Assembly: GCA_041494705.1 (NCBI GenBank)
Contig: JBGQBI010000003.1
Span: 60,001 to 92,000, forward strand
Reading direction: 5' to 3'
Length of the DNA: 32,000 bases
Source of the DNA: Candidatus Methanoperedens sp.
GTDB taxonomy: Archaea; Halobacteriota; Methanosarcinia; Methanosarcinales; Methanoperedenaceae
Shown: positions 9,166 to 16,926 of the stretch, piece by piece
Position numbering within the stretch: the stretch's first letter is position 1
Layout: each line of letters begins with the position of its first letter
Notes under the pieces: model-generated
Database searches by the model: none
Seen by the model: the letters and a program-made list of their open reading frames with translations, nothing else
Told to the model about the DNA's origin: nothing
Translations under genes and position numbers: made by a program

Positions 9166-9855
9166 ATGAAAAGCTCCACCAAAATCAATCCCAAACAGGC
9201 TGCGGGCGAAAAAGCCGCACAGCTTGTGAAAAGCAACATGGTCGTAGGACTCGGCACAGGCTCAACAACCGCATACGCAATTAAAGAACTCGGAAAACGT
9301 GTGGCATCGGGCTTGAAAATACTGGGCGTGCCAACATCATACCAGTCAGCGTTCTTAGCAACAGAGAACGGCATACCGCTAACAACGCTTGATGAGCATC
9401 CCATACTTGATATCGCAATAGATGGAGCCGACCAGGTAGCCAATTTTGCGGCAATCAAAGGTGGCGGCGCCGCGCATACAAGGGAAAAAATCGTAGCGCT
9501 TTCGGCTAAAAAGTTTATCGTTGTGGTTGATGAATCCAAAGTCGCCGAAGTCCTGAACCATCCTGTGCCTCTGGAAGTCCTGCCTTTTGCACGAAAGCTG
9601 GTGGTAAAACAGGTTGCAAAATTAAGAGGAAAAGCTGTTGTGCGCATGGGAATTAATAAAGACGGTCCTGTTATTTCAGACAACGGGAACTTCATTCTGG
9701 ATGCAGATTTCGGGGAAATAGCCGATCCTGTTTCTCTCGACAAGGAGCTTTCACAGTGTACAGGCATCGTTGAGCATGGGATATTCACCAAAATGGATGT
9801 TGTTTATATCGGTAAAAAAGACGGCTCAGTGAAAATTATGGAATCTTCTGGTTGA
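9166..9855 (+). CDS. rpiA: Ribose-5-phosphate isomerase A
   Basis: [25 protein letters not shown] and [14 protein letters not shown] motifs are characteristic of RpiA. The track ORF starts at a GTG (9157); the first ATG is at 9166. Confidence 0.9.
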   Translation: MKSSTKINPKQAAGEKAAQLVKSNMVVGLGTGSTTAYAIKELGKRVASGLKILGVPTSYQSAFLATENGIPLTTLDEHPILDIAIDGADQVANFAAIKGGGAAHTREKIVALSAKKFIVVVDESKVAEVLNHPVPLEVLPFARKLVVKQVAKLRGKAVVRMGINKDGPVISDNGNFILDADFGEIADPVSLDKELSQCTGIVEHGIFTKMDVVYIGKKDGSVKIMESSG

Positions 9856-9907
9856 AAATATTTGGACATTATCTTTGCGTTCTTCGCGCCTTTGCGGTGA
9901 TTATAAC

Positions 9908-11083
9908 CTAAGAACCGTTTGTCTCATTCCCGAAATCCTTATTCACCAGAGTATCCTTTACCCTCGTTCCCTTTTTTGCAGTAACCTCAGGCCACAACCT
10001 GACGCCAGAATGAATCGTAACCCTGTCCTCGATTATTACCCTTGGGCCTATCACCGTGCCAGTCTCAAGTATGCACGAGTCGTATATCCTGGTGGCATTA
10101 TCAATAACAGCGCCTGAAATAGCACAGTCATCTCCGATATCCACATTATCAAAGATATACGAAGAAAGGATTCTTGAATTGCTGCCTATCGTGCAGTTTG
10201 AGCCGATAGAGGTATAGGGGCCAATCAGGACATTATCGCCAATTGAAGTGTTCTCTCCTATTACGATTGGTCCTACAGCCGCTGAGTTTGAACCGAAGGA
10301 AACATCGTGTCCGATGTCAATTGGTCCTGTAATTTTTGCATCCTTAATGTCAAGCCTCCCCGAAATCTTAGTGCCCGGCATCTGCTCAAGCATCCACCTG
10401 CATGCTTCCCTGTAAGCCTGGGGATTACCTATGTCAGTCCACCTTCCGCGTACAAGATAACCATTTATCGGTTTGCCTTTTTTCATGATATCCGGGAAAA
10501 GGTCTTTTGCAAAATCGTATTTTTTCTTTGGAATCCATTTCAGGATTTCAGGATCACAAACGTATATGCCCGTGCTTGCGAGGTTGCTGAAAATCTCACC
10601 GGGTCCAGGTTTTTCAAAGAACCTGTTTATCCTGTTATTGACATCCATATCCGCGATACCGTATTCGCGCGGGTCGTCTATCGGGATAAGACCGATGGTA
10701 ACGGGCGCATCGTTTTTCTCGTGGAAACGCACGAACTCCCGGAGCCCGAGGTTCATCACGTGGTCGCCGCCGACAACCATGAAGGGCTCGCCTTCAAAGA
10801 GAAGTTCAGCGTTTTTCACTCCCCCTGCTGTCCCCAGCTTCTCTTTCTCATGAACATATTCAACATGCACGCCGTACATACTGCCATCACCGAGCGCGGC
10901 TTCTATTTCACCGCCAAGATATCCCAGCGTGAGCACGATATCATTGAACCCCTCGATAGCAAGATGTTCAACGAGATGTACCAGCGATGGTTTATTCAAA
11001 AGCGGAATCATCGGTTTTGGCCTGTCAAAAGTCAGGGGGCGCAGTCTTGTCCCTTCCCCGCCGCACATGATGCATGTTTTCAT
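9908..11083 (-). CDS. Sugar-1-phosphate nucleotidylyltransferase with C-terminal left-handed beta-helix (archaeal GlmU/ST0452-like)
   Basis: N-terminus MCGGEGTRLRPLTFDRPKPMIPL (nucleotidyltransferase G-X-G-T-R-L loop). The C-terminal third is made of hexapeptide-like repeats (IGENTSIGDNVLIGPYTSIGSNCTIGSNS...). Confidence 0.85.
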   Translation of the reverse strand: MKTCIMCGGEGTRLRPLTFDRPKPMIPLLNKPSLVHLVEHLAIEGFNDIVLTLGYLGGEIEAALGDGSMYGVHVEYVHEKEKLGTAGGVKNAELLFEGEPFMVVGGDHVMNLGLREFVRFHEKNDAPVTIGLIPIDDPREYGIADMDVNNRINRFFEKPGPGEIFSNLASTGIYVCDPEILKWIPKKKYDFAKDLFPDIMKKGKPINGYLVRGRWTDIGNPQAYREACRWMLEQMPGTKISGRLDIKDAKITGPIDIGHDVSFGSNSAAVGPIVIGENTSIGDNVLIGPYTSIGSNCTIGSNSRILSSYIFDNVDIGDDCAISGAVIDNATRIYDSCILETGTVIGPRVIIEDRVTIHSGVRLWPEVTAKKGTRVKDTLVNKDFGNETNGS

Positions 11084-11110
11084 TTTAATACCTTGCTTGA
11101 AATTGGTCTG

Positions 11111-11129
11111 GCAGTATATAGATATAACG
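11111..11129 (-). promoter_or_regulatory. Candidate TATA box for the nucleotidyltransferase gene
   Basis: Minus strand reads CGTTATATCTATATACTGC, centred about 37 nt upstream of the ATG at 11083. Confidence 0.35.
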
Positions 11130-11149
11130 AAATGAAAATGAAATAAAGT

Positions 11150-11182
11150 GAAAAAAAAGCTAAAAAAAATATGAAAAAAAGC
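11150..11182 (-). terminator. Oligo-T terminator region downstream of the DGC-domain gene
   Basis: Three runs of 7-8 T on the minus strand (twice as TAGCTTTTTTT), starting about 27 nt after the TAA at 11209-11211. Archaeal termination typically uses oligo-T tracts. Confidence 0.45.
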
Positions 11183-11208
11183 TATTCAAGAAATCGATAG
11201 AAGTAATA

Positions 11209-11754
11209 TTAATTTCCACAACAACTTGATTTTTTGTTCCTGGATGAGCCACATATAGACTCTTTGGCAGATGCTTTACCGGCAGCACAATTTTTGACAT
11301 GCTCTGCCACTACAGTCTCAGCCACAGTACGGGCGCATTCCCTGAGTTCTTCCTCTGATACCTCATCTATCCCGAATGGGAGAGATGTTTCATAGAGCGT
11401 ATCTGCCTGGACTATTTCAGGGCACAGGTCGGGCAATACGCCTTTCATCATCCTTGAAGAGCAGGATATAAAGCATCCTTCTATGGCAATCGTTTTGTTC
11501 GCCCTTCTGACCAGATTTCTTTGCCCGGTATCCTTTGTAAAAGCGCCGCCGAGACAGATGCGTACTGTGTTTTCGCGGGCAAGCCGATAGGATACGAGGT
11601 TTGCTGCCAGTCGCGCAACCTCGCCTTTGGCGCATGCTCCCTCGCATGCCATAACTGCTATCCTGGGCGGGTTTGTGGAGTGCTTCTCTGCGTATTCTTC
11701 ACATGCGGGACAGGTTTTTTCTACTTTTTCGATCTTGATTGTTTCGTAATTCAT
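11209..11754 (-). CDS. DGC-domain (putative zinc/metalloid-binding) protein with Cys-rich termini
   Basis: IAVMACEGACAKGEVARLAANL...IAIEGCFISCSS fits the DGC-domain pattern. N-terminal CPACEE and C-terminal SSCCGN. The start is taken at MNYETIK (ATG 11754, preceded by GAGAGGT); the track ORF extends to 11778. Confidence 0.55.
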   Translation of the reverse strand: MNYETIKIEKVEKTCPACEEYAEKHSTNPPRIAVMACEGACAKGEVARLAANLVSYRLARENTVRICLGGAFTKDTGQRNLVRRANKTIAIEGCFISCSSRMMKGVLPDLCPEIVQADTLYETSLPFGIDEVSEEELRECARTVAETVVAEHVKNCAAGKASAKESICGSSRNKKSSCCGN

Positions 11755-11783
11755 ATTTCTTACCTCTCTTAGCGCCATTTTTA

Positions 11784-11803
11784 GGTTTCAAATCATATAA
11801 ACC
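11784..11803. promoter_or_regulatory. Inverted repeat GGTTT-N10-AAACC containing TTTCAAAT, in the DGC/arsR divergent intergenic region
   Basis: ggtttcaaatcatataaacc lies between the divergent starts at 11754 and 11873. It shares the (A/T)TTCAAA core with the sites at 12319 and 13045. Confidence 0.25.
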
Positions 11804-11872
11804 ATAAAACTGATTATCAAGATAAATTGAAATCGGGGAAAATATTTATCCTACAAAGACTCTCTGTTTTGC

Positions 11873-12235
11873 ATGCAAATAAGTAGGTGTTGCCCGGCAG
11901 ATTGTGCAATCAAAAGTGATTGGGAAACTGAACTTCAAGTGGAAAAGGATTTGTTGGAATCAAATAAATTTCATGAAACAAACACAATATTAAAACTTCT
12001 GGGTAATCCATCAAGATTAAAAATAACTCTTCTGCTTTTAAACAGGGACCACTGCGTTTGTGAAATAATTTATATTTTAAATGAAAGACAAAATCTGGTT
12101 TCATCTAATCTGGGTATATTAAAACGATTCAAAATAATAGACTCCTACTATCGTTCCAAGCATAAATATTATAAACTGAATGATAATGCAGTTAACATAA
12201 TCAGATTAATTAAGGAAAATTTGATTGGTAAATAA
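11873..12235 (+). CDS. arsR: ArsR/SmtB-family metalloregulator (AT-rich, divergent copy)
   Basis: LKLLGNPSRLKITLLLLNRDHCVCEI resembles the ArsR alpha1-alpha3 region with a CVC site. HTH RQNLVSSNLGILKRFKII. N-terminal RCCPADC. Confidence 0.7.
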   Translation: MQISRCCPADCAIKSDWETELQVEKDLLESNKFHETNTILKLLGNPSRLKITLLLLNRDHCVCEIIYILNERQNLVSSNLGILKRFKIIDSYYRSKHKYYKLNDNAVNIIRLIKENLIGK

Positions 12236-12318
12236 TATTTGCTTTTCATGATTCAGTTTTTCTTGATATCGGTGGTATATCCTTATACATTTAACTGACA
12301 GATTAAATTGCTGCAATA

Positions 12319-12328
12319 TTGAATTCAA
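12319..12328. promoter_or_regulatory. Perfect 10-bp palindrome TTGAATTCAA upstream of the small wHTH-like ORF
   Basis: Read directly; it ends 22 nt before the ATG at 12350. Confidence 0.2.
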
Positions 12329-12349
12329 ACTCCAGATTTAATGTAGAAA

Positions 12350-12643
12350 ATGTTTGTCAAACGAATCGAACAGGTGCTTCCCTGCCTTTCAGACCCATGG
12401 AAGCTCCGGATAATCGCTTATCTTGACAGTCCTCCTGACCTGAAAGAGCTTGCAGAAACACTGGGTGCACGTTATTCAGAAAGCCTTGGAGTGGTATTGG
12501 TGCGCCTTGGGAGGCGTGAGGTAAATTTTTTCGCAAGCGGTAAAGTTACTATTAGAGAAGTTAATGATATAGAAGAGGGCAAGAAACTTGTGAATTCCAT
12601 ACTTGCCATGTCTGCCCAAAAGCAGATACTTAAAGAATTATAA
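12350..12643 (+). CDS. Small hypothetical protein, possibly a truncated ArsR-like winged helix
   Basis: 97 aa. LSDPWKLRIIAYLDSPPDLKELAETLG looks like the start of an ArsR-type wHTH but has no metal-site cysteines. It sits between two arsR genes. Confidence 0.35.
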   Translation: MFVKRIEQVLPCLSDPWKLRIIAYLDSPPDLKELAETLGARYSESLGVVLVRLGRREVNFFASGKVTIREVNDIEEGKKLVNSILAMSAQKQILKEL

Positions 12644-12671
12644 CTAAGTAAAATAACTTAAATCAGGAACC

Positions 12672-13040
12672 ATGAAGAATAAATGTCCATGCGAATCCAA
12701 ACCGGCAGAACTATGCTGCCCGGGCGATGAAAAACTTCGAAAAGATTGGCTTTTGAGTCTTGAAAACGAACACGAACCATTAAGGAAGGTATCAAAGGAA
12801 ATTGCAAGGAAATTGAAACTCCTCTCAAATTCCGACCGGCTGGAAATCCTGTTGATGCTTGAGCAGCGGGAGCACTGTATGGATGAGATGGCGCGAAAAT
12901 TAAAATCAAAAAAACCGGCTATTTCCTATCACCTGTCACTCCTGAAAAAACACGGTATGATTTGCGTAAAAAAACGCTCGCGGTTCACCTTTTATTCACT
13001 TTCTCACAGCGGTAAGAAGGCTATCGCGGCTTTGAAATAA
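12672..13040 (+). CDS. arsR: ArsR/SmtB-family metalloregulator with N-terminal vicinal cysteines
   Basis: LKLLSNSDRLEILLMLEQREHCMDEMARKLKSKKPAISYHLSLLKKHGMI is a canonical ArsR wHTH. The N-terminus carries CPCESKPAELCCPG. Confidence 0.85.
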   Translation: MKNKCPCESKPAELCCPGDEKLRKDWLLSLENEHEPLRKVSKEIARKLKLLSNSDRLEILLMLEQREHCMDEMARKLKSKKPAISYHLSLLKKHGMICVKKRSRFTFYSLSHSGKKAIAALK

Positions 13041-13044
13041 TATA

Positions 13045-13062
13045 ATTCAAATTTTTTTGAAT
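13045..13062. promoter_or_regulatory. Perfect inverted repeat ATTCAAA-TTTT-TTTGAAT between arsR and acr3 (candidate operator or attenuator hairpin)
   Basis: Read directly. It starts 5 nt after the arsR stop codon (13038-13040) and ends 45 nt before the acr3 ATG (13107). Confidence 0.35.
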
Positions 13063-13106
13063 CCATTTATGGGGTTTTATTCACAAAGAATACATGAACT
13101 GGAATA

Positions 13107-14141
13107 ATGAATGAAAAACTTTCCTGGATTAGCAGATATTTGACTTTCTGGATTCTTCTCGCCATGGCTGGCGGTATAATCACCGGCGCTGCCTATCCGG
13201 AGATAGCCAACATACTTGACGCTGTCCGCATCGAGCAGGTATCGCTTCCTATCGCTATCGGGCTTATCTGGATGATGTATCCGCCTCTGGCAGGCGTGAA
13301 ATACGAGGAACTCTCAAAAATGAAGAGGCAGGGGAAAGCTTTGACCGCATCAATCATCCAGAACTGGGTCATTGGTCCTGTTCTCATGTTCGCTCTTGCA
13401 TGGCTCTTCCTGCCGGACATGCCCGAATACCGCATTGGGTTGATATTGATTGGTCTTGCCCGCTGTATCGCCATGGTGCTTGTCTGGAACCAGCTTGCAG
13501 GCGGGGATAACGACCTGTGCGCCGTGCTTGTGGCCATGAATTCCCTATTCCAGGTGGCGCTGTATTCGGTGCTCGCGTATGTATTTATCACCATATTATC
13601 CACATGGATAGGGGGCGCAGGGGCCGGTGCGATCGTAAATATATCCGTGTGGCAGGTAGCAAAGGCGGTTTTCATCTATCTTGGTATTCCATTCATTGCA
13701 GGCATAATAACGCGGTCAGTTCTGCTGAAAAAGAAAGGGAAAATATGGTATGATAATGTGTTTATGAAAAAGCTCGGCCCGACCGCGCTTATAGGACTGC
13801 TGTTTACCATTGTTGTTATGTTCTCATTAAAAGGCGAAAAACTCGTCGAGCTGCCGTTGGATGTGTTCAGGATAGCAATCCCGCTGCTGGCCTATTTCTC
13901 TATAATGTTCGCCTTGTCCTTTTTCATGTCATACAGGCTCGGATTTTCCTATGAGCAATCCACGACGCTTGCTTTCACGGCTGCAAGCAACAATTTTGAA
14001 CTTGCAATTGCGGTGGCTATCGCAGTGTTCGGGATTGGCTCAGGTGAGGCATTTGCTGCCGTCGTTGGGCCGCTAATTGAAGTGCCTGTGATGCTGGGAC
14101 TGGTGCATGTTGCAAGAAGAGCAAGGGTTATGTGGTTTTGA
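13107..14141 (+). CDS. acr3: ACR3-family arsenite efflux permease
   Basis: 344-aa 10-TM-type ORF: ISRYLTFWILLAM..., LIGLARCIAMVLVWN (conserved Cys in the R-C-I-A-M context) and FELAIAVAI near the C-terminus. Directly downstream of arsR. Confidence 0.9.
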   Translation: MNEKLSWISRYLTFWILLAMAGGIITGAAYPEIANILDAVRIEQVSLPIAIGLIWMMYPPLAGVKYEELSKMKRQGKALTASIIQNWVIGPVLMFALAWLFLPDMPEYRIGLILIGLARCIAMVLVWNQLAGGDNDLCAVLVAMNSLFQVALYSVLAYVFITILSTWIGGAGAGAIVNISVWQVAKAVFIYLGIPFIAGIITRSVLLKKKGKIWYDNVFMKKLGPTALIGLLFTIVVMFSLKGEKLVELPLDVFRIAIPLLAYFSIMFALSFFMSYRLGFSYEQSTTLAFTAASNNFELAIAVAIAVFGIGSGEAFAAVVGPLIEVPVMLGLVHVARRARVMWF

Positions 14142-14203
14142 AGCTTTGTATTAAGTCGCTGCTGTCAATGCGCCATAAACTGAAAGATGCTGTTCTTTGG
14201 TGT

Positions 14204-14563
14204 TCACTGCTTCTCTTTCTTTGGTATTGTAACTTGAGCACCACATTCCGAACATATAAAACCCGATGGAATCATTGCATTTTTGCAGCTTGGACAAACG
14301 GCTTGTGCAGACACATCTTTTAGAAAATGATGAACAACCCCTGCTGCTGACACACCAAAGACCCCATTAATTAAAACATAAAACGAAATTATACTGACCC
14401 AGGAGGGCGACAAAAATACAAAACCTAAAAATTGACCTCCCAATCCTATGCATGCAAAACTAAAAGATAACCGTGAAACACCATCAACAAGAAAACGAAA
14501 ATTAATCGACGGCAAAGGAAAACTCACTATTGCCACCTCAAAGTGGTTCCACAATGTGGACAA
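14204..14563 (-). CDS. Small membrane protein with C-terminal zinc ribbon
   Basis: Hydrophobic N-terminal two thirds, then CPSCKNAMIPSGFICSECG. There is no upstream in-frame ATG: the track start is TTG at 14563. A GTG at 14527 overlaps the TAG of the upstream gene by 1 nt (TAGTG) and may be the real start. Confidence 0.45.
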   Translation of the reverse strand: MSTLWNHFEVAIVSFPLPSINFRFLVDGVSRLSFSFACIGLGGQFLGFVFLSPSWVSIISFYVLINGVFGVSAAGVVHHFLKDVSAQAVCPSCKNAMIPSGFICSECGAQVTIPKKEKQ

Positions 14564-14715
14564 GAAGTAACTCCCTTTTTAACCTGTTGATGGCAGGTTG
14601 GGCAAGAGGCATTACCTGTTAACGCATCTATAATTGCTACTGCTATTAATCCACCCAAAACTCCCACAAGAATAGCCCCAAGAATTTCTCCTGCATCAGC
14701 TTTTCCATTTGACAT
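14527..14715 (-). CDS. Small membrane protein with C-terminal zinc ribbon
   Basis: 62 aa: one TM helix (ILGAILVGVLGGLIAVAII), then CPTCHQQVKKGVTSCPHCG. Confidence 0.5.
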   Translation of the reverse strand: MSNGKADAGEILGAILVGVLGGLIAVAIIDALTGNASCPTCHQQVKKGVTSCPHCGTTLRWQ

Positions 14716-14734
14716 ATTATACTATGGGGAACTG

Positions 14735-14746
14735 ATTAAATATAAA
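14735..14746 (-). promoter_or_regulatory. Candidate TATA box for the zinc-ribbon mini-protein pair
   Basis: Minus strand TTTATATTTAAT, centred about 25 nt upstream of the ATG at 14715. This would give a leaderless or near-leaderless transcript. Confidence 0.3.
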
Positions 14747-14824
14747 CCTATATGTTCGGAGTGAAGAACGTTTGAAGATTTGGCGAAAAGTCATGGGGTG
14801 TAGAATTTAATATAAATATTTGTA

Positions 14825-14961
14825 GTTGCAGCCCATAAGGGGTAATGGCTTGCAGAAAACAGCGGCATATTTTGATAAATAGGTTCCAATAGCGAAACCA
14901 GAGAATGCAAATCCAAATAATATTTTTATGATTTAGAGATTAATTCTTTAATTCTTGTCAT
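14825..14961 (-). pseudogene. Internally deleted remnant of a paralogue of the 19244-19963 membrane-protein gene
   Basis: 14825-14934 aligns by hand at roughly 85-90% identity with 19396-19505 (the 3' part of that gene). 14935-14961 aligns with its 5' end (19937-19963). The ~430 nt in between are missing. The reading frame gives MTRIKELISKS-stop. Confidence 0.7.
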
Positions 14962-14971
14962 AATTGCCTGC
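14935..14971 (-). repeat. Copy A of the shared 5' cassette (ATG + MTRIKELISK codons + upstream AATTGCCT)
   Basis: agagattaattctttaattcttgtcataattgcctgc. Compare 19937-19963 and 20417-20455. Confidence 0.7.
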
Positions 14972-14989
14972 TTAAAAAGTTAAAAACAT

Positions 14990-15013
14990 GCGGAGGATGG
15001 GATTTGAACCCAT
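14990..15013 (-). other. tRNA 3'-end fragment (T-arm plus 3' acceptor strand), a possible integration (att) scar
   Basis: Minus strand ATGGG-TTCAAAT-CCCAT-CCTCCGC is a 5-bp T-stem, a canonical TTCAAAT T-loop and a 7-nt acceptor strand, followed by A. No matching 5' acceptor strand (GCGGAGG), D-arm or anticodon arm lies upstream; the sequence runs straight into the ABC ATPase stop codon. Confidence 0.5.
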
Positions 15014-15020
15014 TTTTTTA

Positions 15021-15725
15021 TCATGTCCCCCGCTCTGCAAGTTCTCCGTCCTTGAGCCAGACTACCGTGCTCACATACTTCATATCATCGGGTTCATGCG
15101 TCACCATCAGGATCGTGAGTCCGGTCTCCCTATTTAATTTCTGAAATAGCTCAATTATCTGTTCTGAAGAGGCGCTGTCAAGATTTGCCGTCGGCTCATC
15201 TGCAAACAATATATCAGGTTTGTTTATCAGTGCTCTTGCAATCGCCACACGTTGCTGTTCTCCTCCCGACATCTCACGGGGACGGTGATGCAGCCTTGTG
15301 CCAAGTCCGACCTGTTCAAGTGCTTCAGTCCCGGCTTTCATATACTCTTCCTTCTTCCTGCCGAGCGCCATTGCAGGCAGATAAACATTTTCAAGTGCAG
15401 TAAGCTCGGGCAGAAGTGCATACTCCTGGAAGACGTAACCGAATTTCGACAGACGGAATTTCGCCTTCCGGGATTCCGGCAGTCCTGAAATGTTATTTCC
15501 ATGAAAAATAATCTCACCGGAGTTAGGCATATCGAGTAATCCGAGCTGGTGCAGCAGTGTTGATTTGCCGCTTCCGCTCTTACCCATAATAGCTACAAAT
15601 TCCCCTCGCGAAATTTCGAATGAGACTTTGTTCAGTGCCTTCACCTTCACCTCTCCCATGCCATAAATCCTGGAAAGTCCCTTTATTTCTAAAATGGGTT
15701 CGGTAACACCTGTCATTTTAATCAC
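15021..15725 (-). CDS. ABC transporter ATP-binding protein, MacB/LolD type
   Basis: Walker A GKSGSGKST, signature MSGGEQQRVAIARAL, Walker B ILFADEPTANLD, H-loop VTHEP. 8-nt overlap with the upstream permease gene. Confidence 0.9.
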   Translation of the reverse strand: MIKMTGVTEPILEIKGLSRIYGMGEVKVKALNKVSFEISRGEFVAIMGKSGSGKSTLLHQLGLLDMPNSGEIIFHGNNISGLPESRKAKFRLSKFGYVFQEYALLPELTALENVYLPAMALGRKKEEYMKAGTEALEQVGLGTRLHHRPREMSGGEQQRVAIARALINKPDILFADEPTANLDSASSEQIIELFQKLNRETGLTILMVTHEPDDMKYVSTVVWLKDGELAERGT

Positions 15726-16917
15726 CCCATATTGTATCTATTATCGTTTTACGGACTGCCATCCATGAAGGTATAAACCCGGCAGCAATCGCAGCTATTA
15801 TCAGGCTTATTACATTCATCGAAACTTTTTCAGGAAGAATCATTAATGAAGCGAGTCCGATAGGAAATTTCAATGGATGCTCGATGAAATATGGTTTTAT
15901 GGCAAAAAATATTATTATCAAGCCGATAAATATGCCGCAAACCACGATGAACAATGCCTGGAAGATATACGATTGTATTATTATGGATTCTTCTATTCCA
16001 ACAGCCCTCAAAATCCCTATCTGCCTTCGCTTGGTGATAGTACTGGTATAGACTATTATAAAAATAGTAATGACCGCGACAAACAAGCCGATTGCAGTTA
16101 TCATCATTGCTATCATGTCAAAGCTGTTTGTTATGTTTTTTACCATGCCGGCATAGACAGTCCATGGTTTTATTTTTTCTTTAATACCCATCTCTAAAAA
16201 CTGTTTTATGTACCAGTCTTCATTTCCATTATCTCTGGTCTTGACCAGTATTTGTGAAGCTTTGTCTTCCAGACCGACTACGGATTCCATCTCTTTCTGG
16301 CTGATGTATGCCATCGTATTGGTTTGTATGAAATTCGCATCAAAAATTCCCTTTACCCTGTAGCTCTTTTTAACTCCATTATCGAACAGCACATCTATGC
16401 TATCACCAACTTTAACTCCAAGTGAACTATAGTCAAGATCACCGCCATACCCTCCTGAAATCTCTTTTCCAAGTAAGATCTCGTTCTCGTCAAGCCTGCT
16501 CAGGTAATTGCCGGCGATCAGGTAATTATGATTTGTAGTCACTTTCATCTCGTCATCCGGATTAATGGAACGCAAAGTCCAGGTTCCATGTTTATCCTTA
16601 TAGGAAAGTGTAGCGCCCGTTACATATTGTGATGAGATGCCCACTACACCCGGAACGCCTTTTATCTTTTGTTCCAGGGAATAAACATCGCTTATATATT
16701 TTTCATCCTTTTTGGGTTCGAGCACTACATTGCTATACAGAGAGTTGATTACCTGTTTGTTGGTTGCCTCAGTCACTCCAAGAAAAATGGAACCTATGAA
16801 TACTAAATTTACAAAGATTAAGGACATTATAAAGATTATTAAAAGCAGAGTGCTTTTATTTCCTTTCATCATTGACCTGTATGCCAGAAACAACGATAGT
16901 TTAACGTTATTGAACAT
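15718..16917 (-). CDS. ABC transporter permease, FtsX/MacB-like (4 TM with a large extracytoplasmic domain)
   Basis: 399 aa: N-terminal TM, a ~230-aa soluble loop, then three C-terminal TM helices with KRRQIGILRAVGIE (FtsX-domain signature region). Confidence 0.8.
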   Translation of the reverse strand: MFNNVKLSLFLAYRSMMKGNKSTLLLIIFIMSLIFVNLVFIGSIFLGVTEATNKQVINSLYSNVVLEPKKDEKYISDVYSLEQKIKGVPGVVGISSQYVTGATLSYKDKHGTWTLRSINPDDEMKVTTNHNYLIAGNYLSRLDENEILLGKEISGGYGGDLDYSSLGVKVGDSIDVLFDNGVKKSYRVKGIFDANFIQTNTMAYISQKEMESVVGLEDKASQILVKTRDNGNEDWYIKQFLEMGIKEKIKPWTVYAGMVKNITNSFDMIAMMITAIGLFVAVITIFIIVYTSTITKRRQIGILRAVGIEESIIIQSYIFQALFIVVCGIFIGLIIIFFAIKPYFIEHPLKFPIGLASLMILPEKVSMNVISLIIAAIAAGFIPSWMAVRKTIIDTIWGD

Positions 16918-16926
16918 ATGTCCTCT

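Noticed and set aside
8952-9791. 279-aa minus-strand ORF
   Set aside because: It is antisense to rpiA and the 3' end of the ABC ATPase gene, both of which have unambiguous motifs. The translation is Ser/Thr/Pro-rich with no domain signature.
10307-11146. 279-aa plus-strand ORF
   Set aside because: It is antisense to the nucleotidyltransferase gene, which has clear family motifs, and it has no recognisable motifs of its own.
12350-12643. Resemblance of the 97-aa ORF to a single TATA-binding-protein repeat (GVVLVRLGRREVNFFASGKVTI versus the TBP pattern PG-I-YR...LIFSSGK-V-TGAKS)
   Set aside because: The match is short and made by eye, and the TGAKS turn is absent. The N-terminal half fits an ArsR-like wHTH at least as well, and the gene sits between two arsR genes. 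It needs an HMM or structure prediction before any claim.
14990-15100. Possible complete tRNA gene on the minus strand
   Set aside because: Only the T-arm and 3' acceptor strand are present. The upstream sequence is an A-run followed by the ABC ATPase stop codon and coding sequence, with no complementary 5' acceptor strand, D-arm or anticodon arm.
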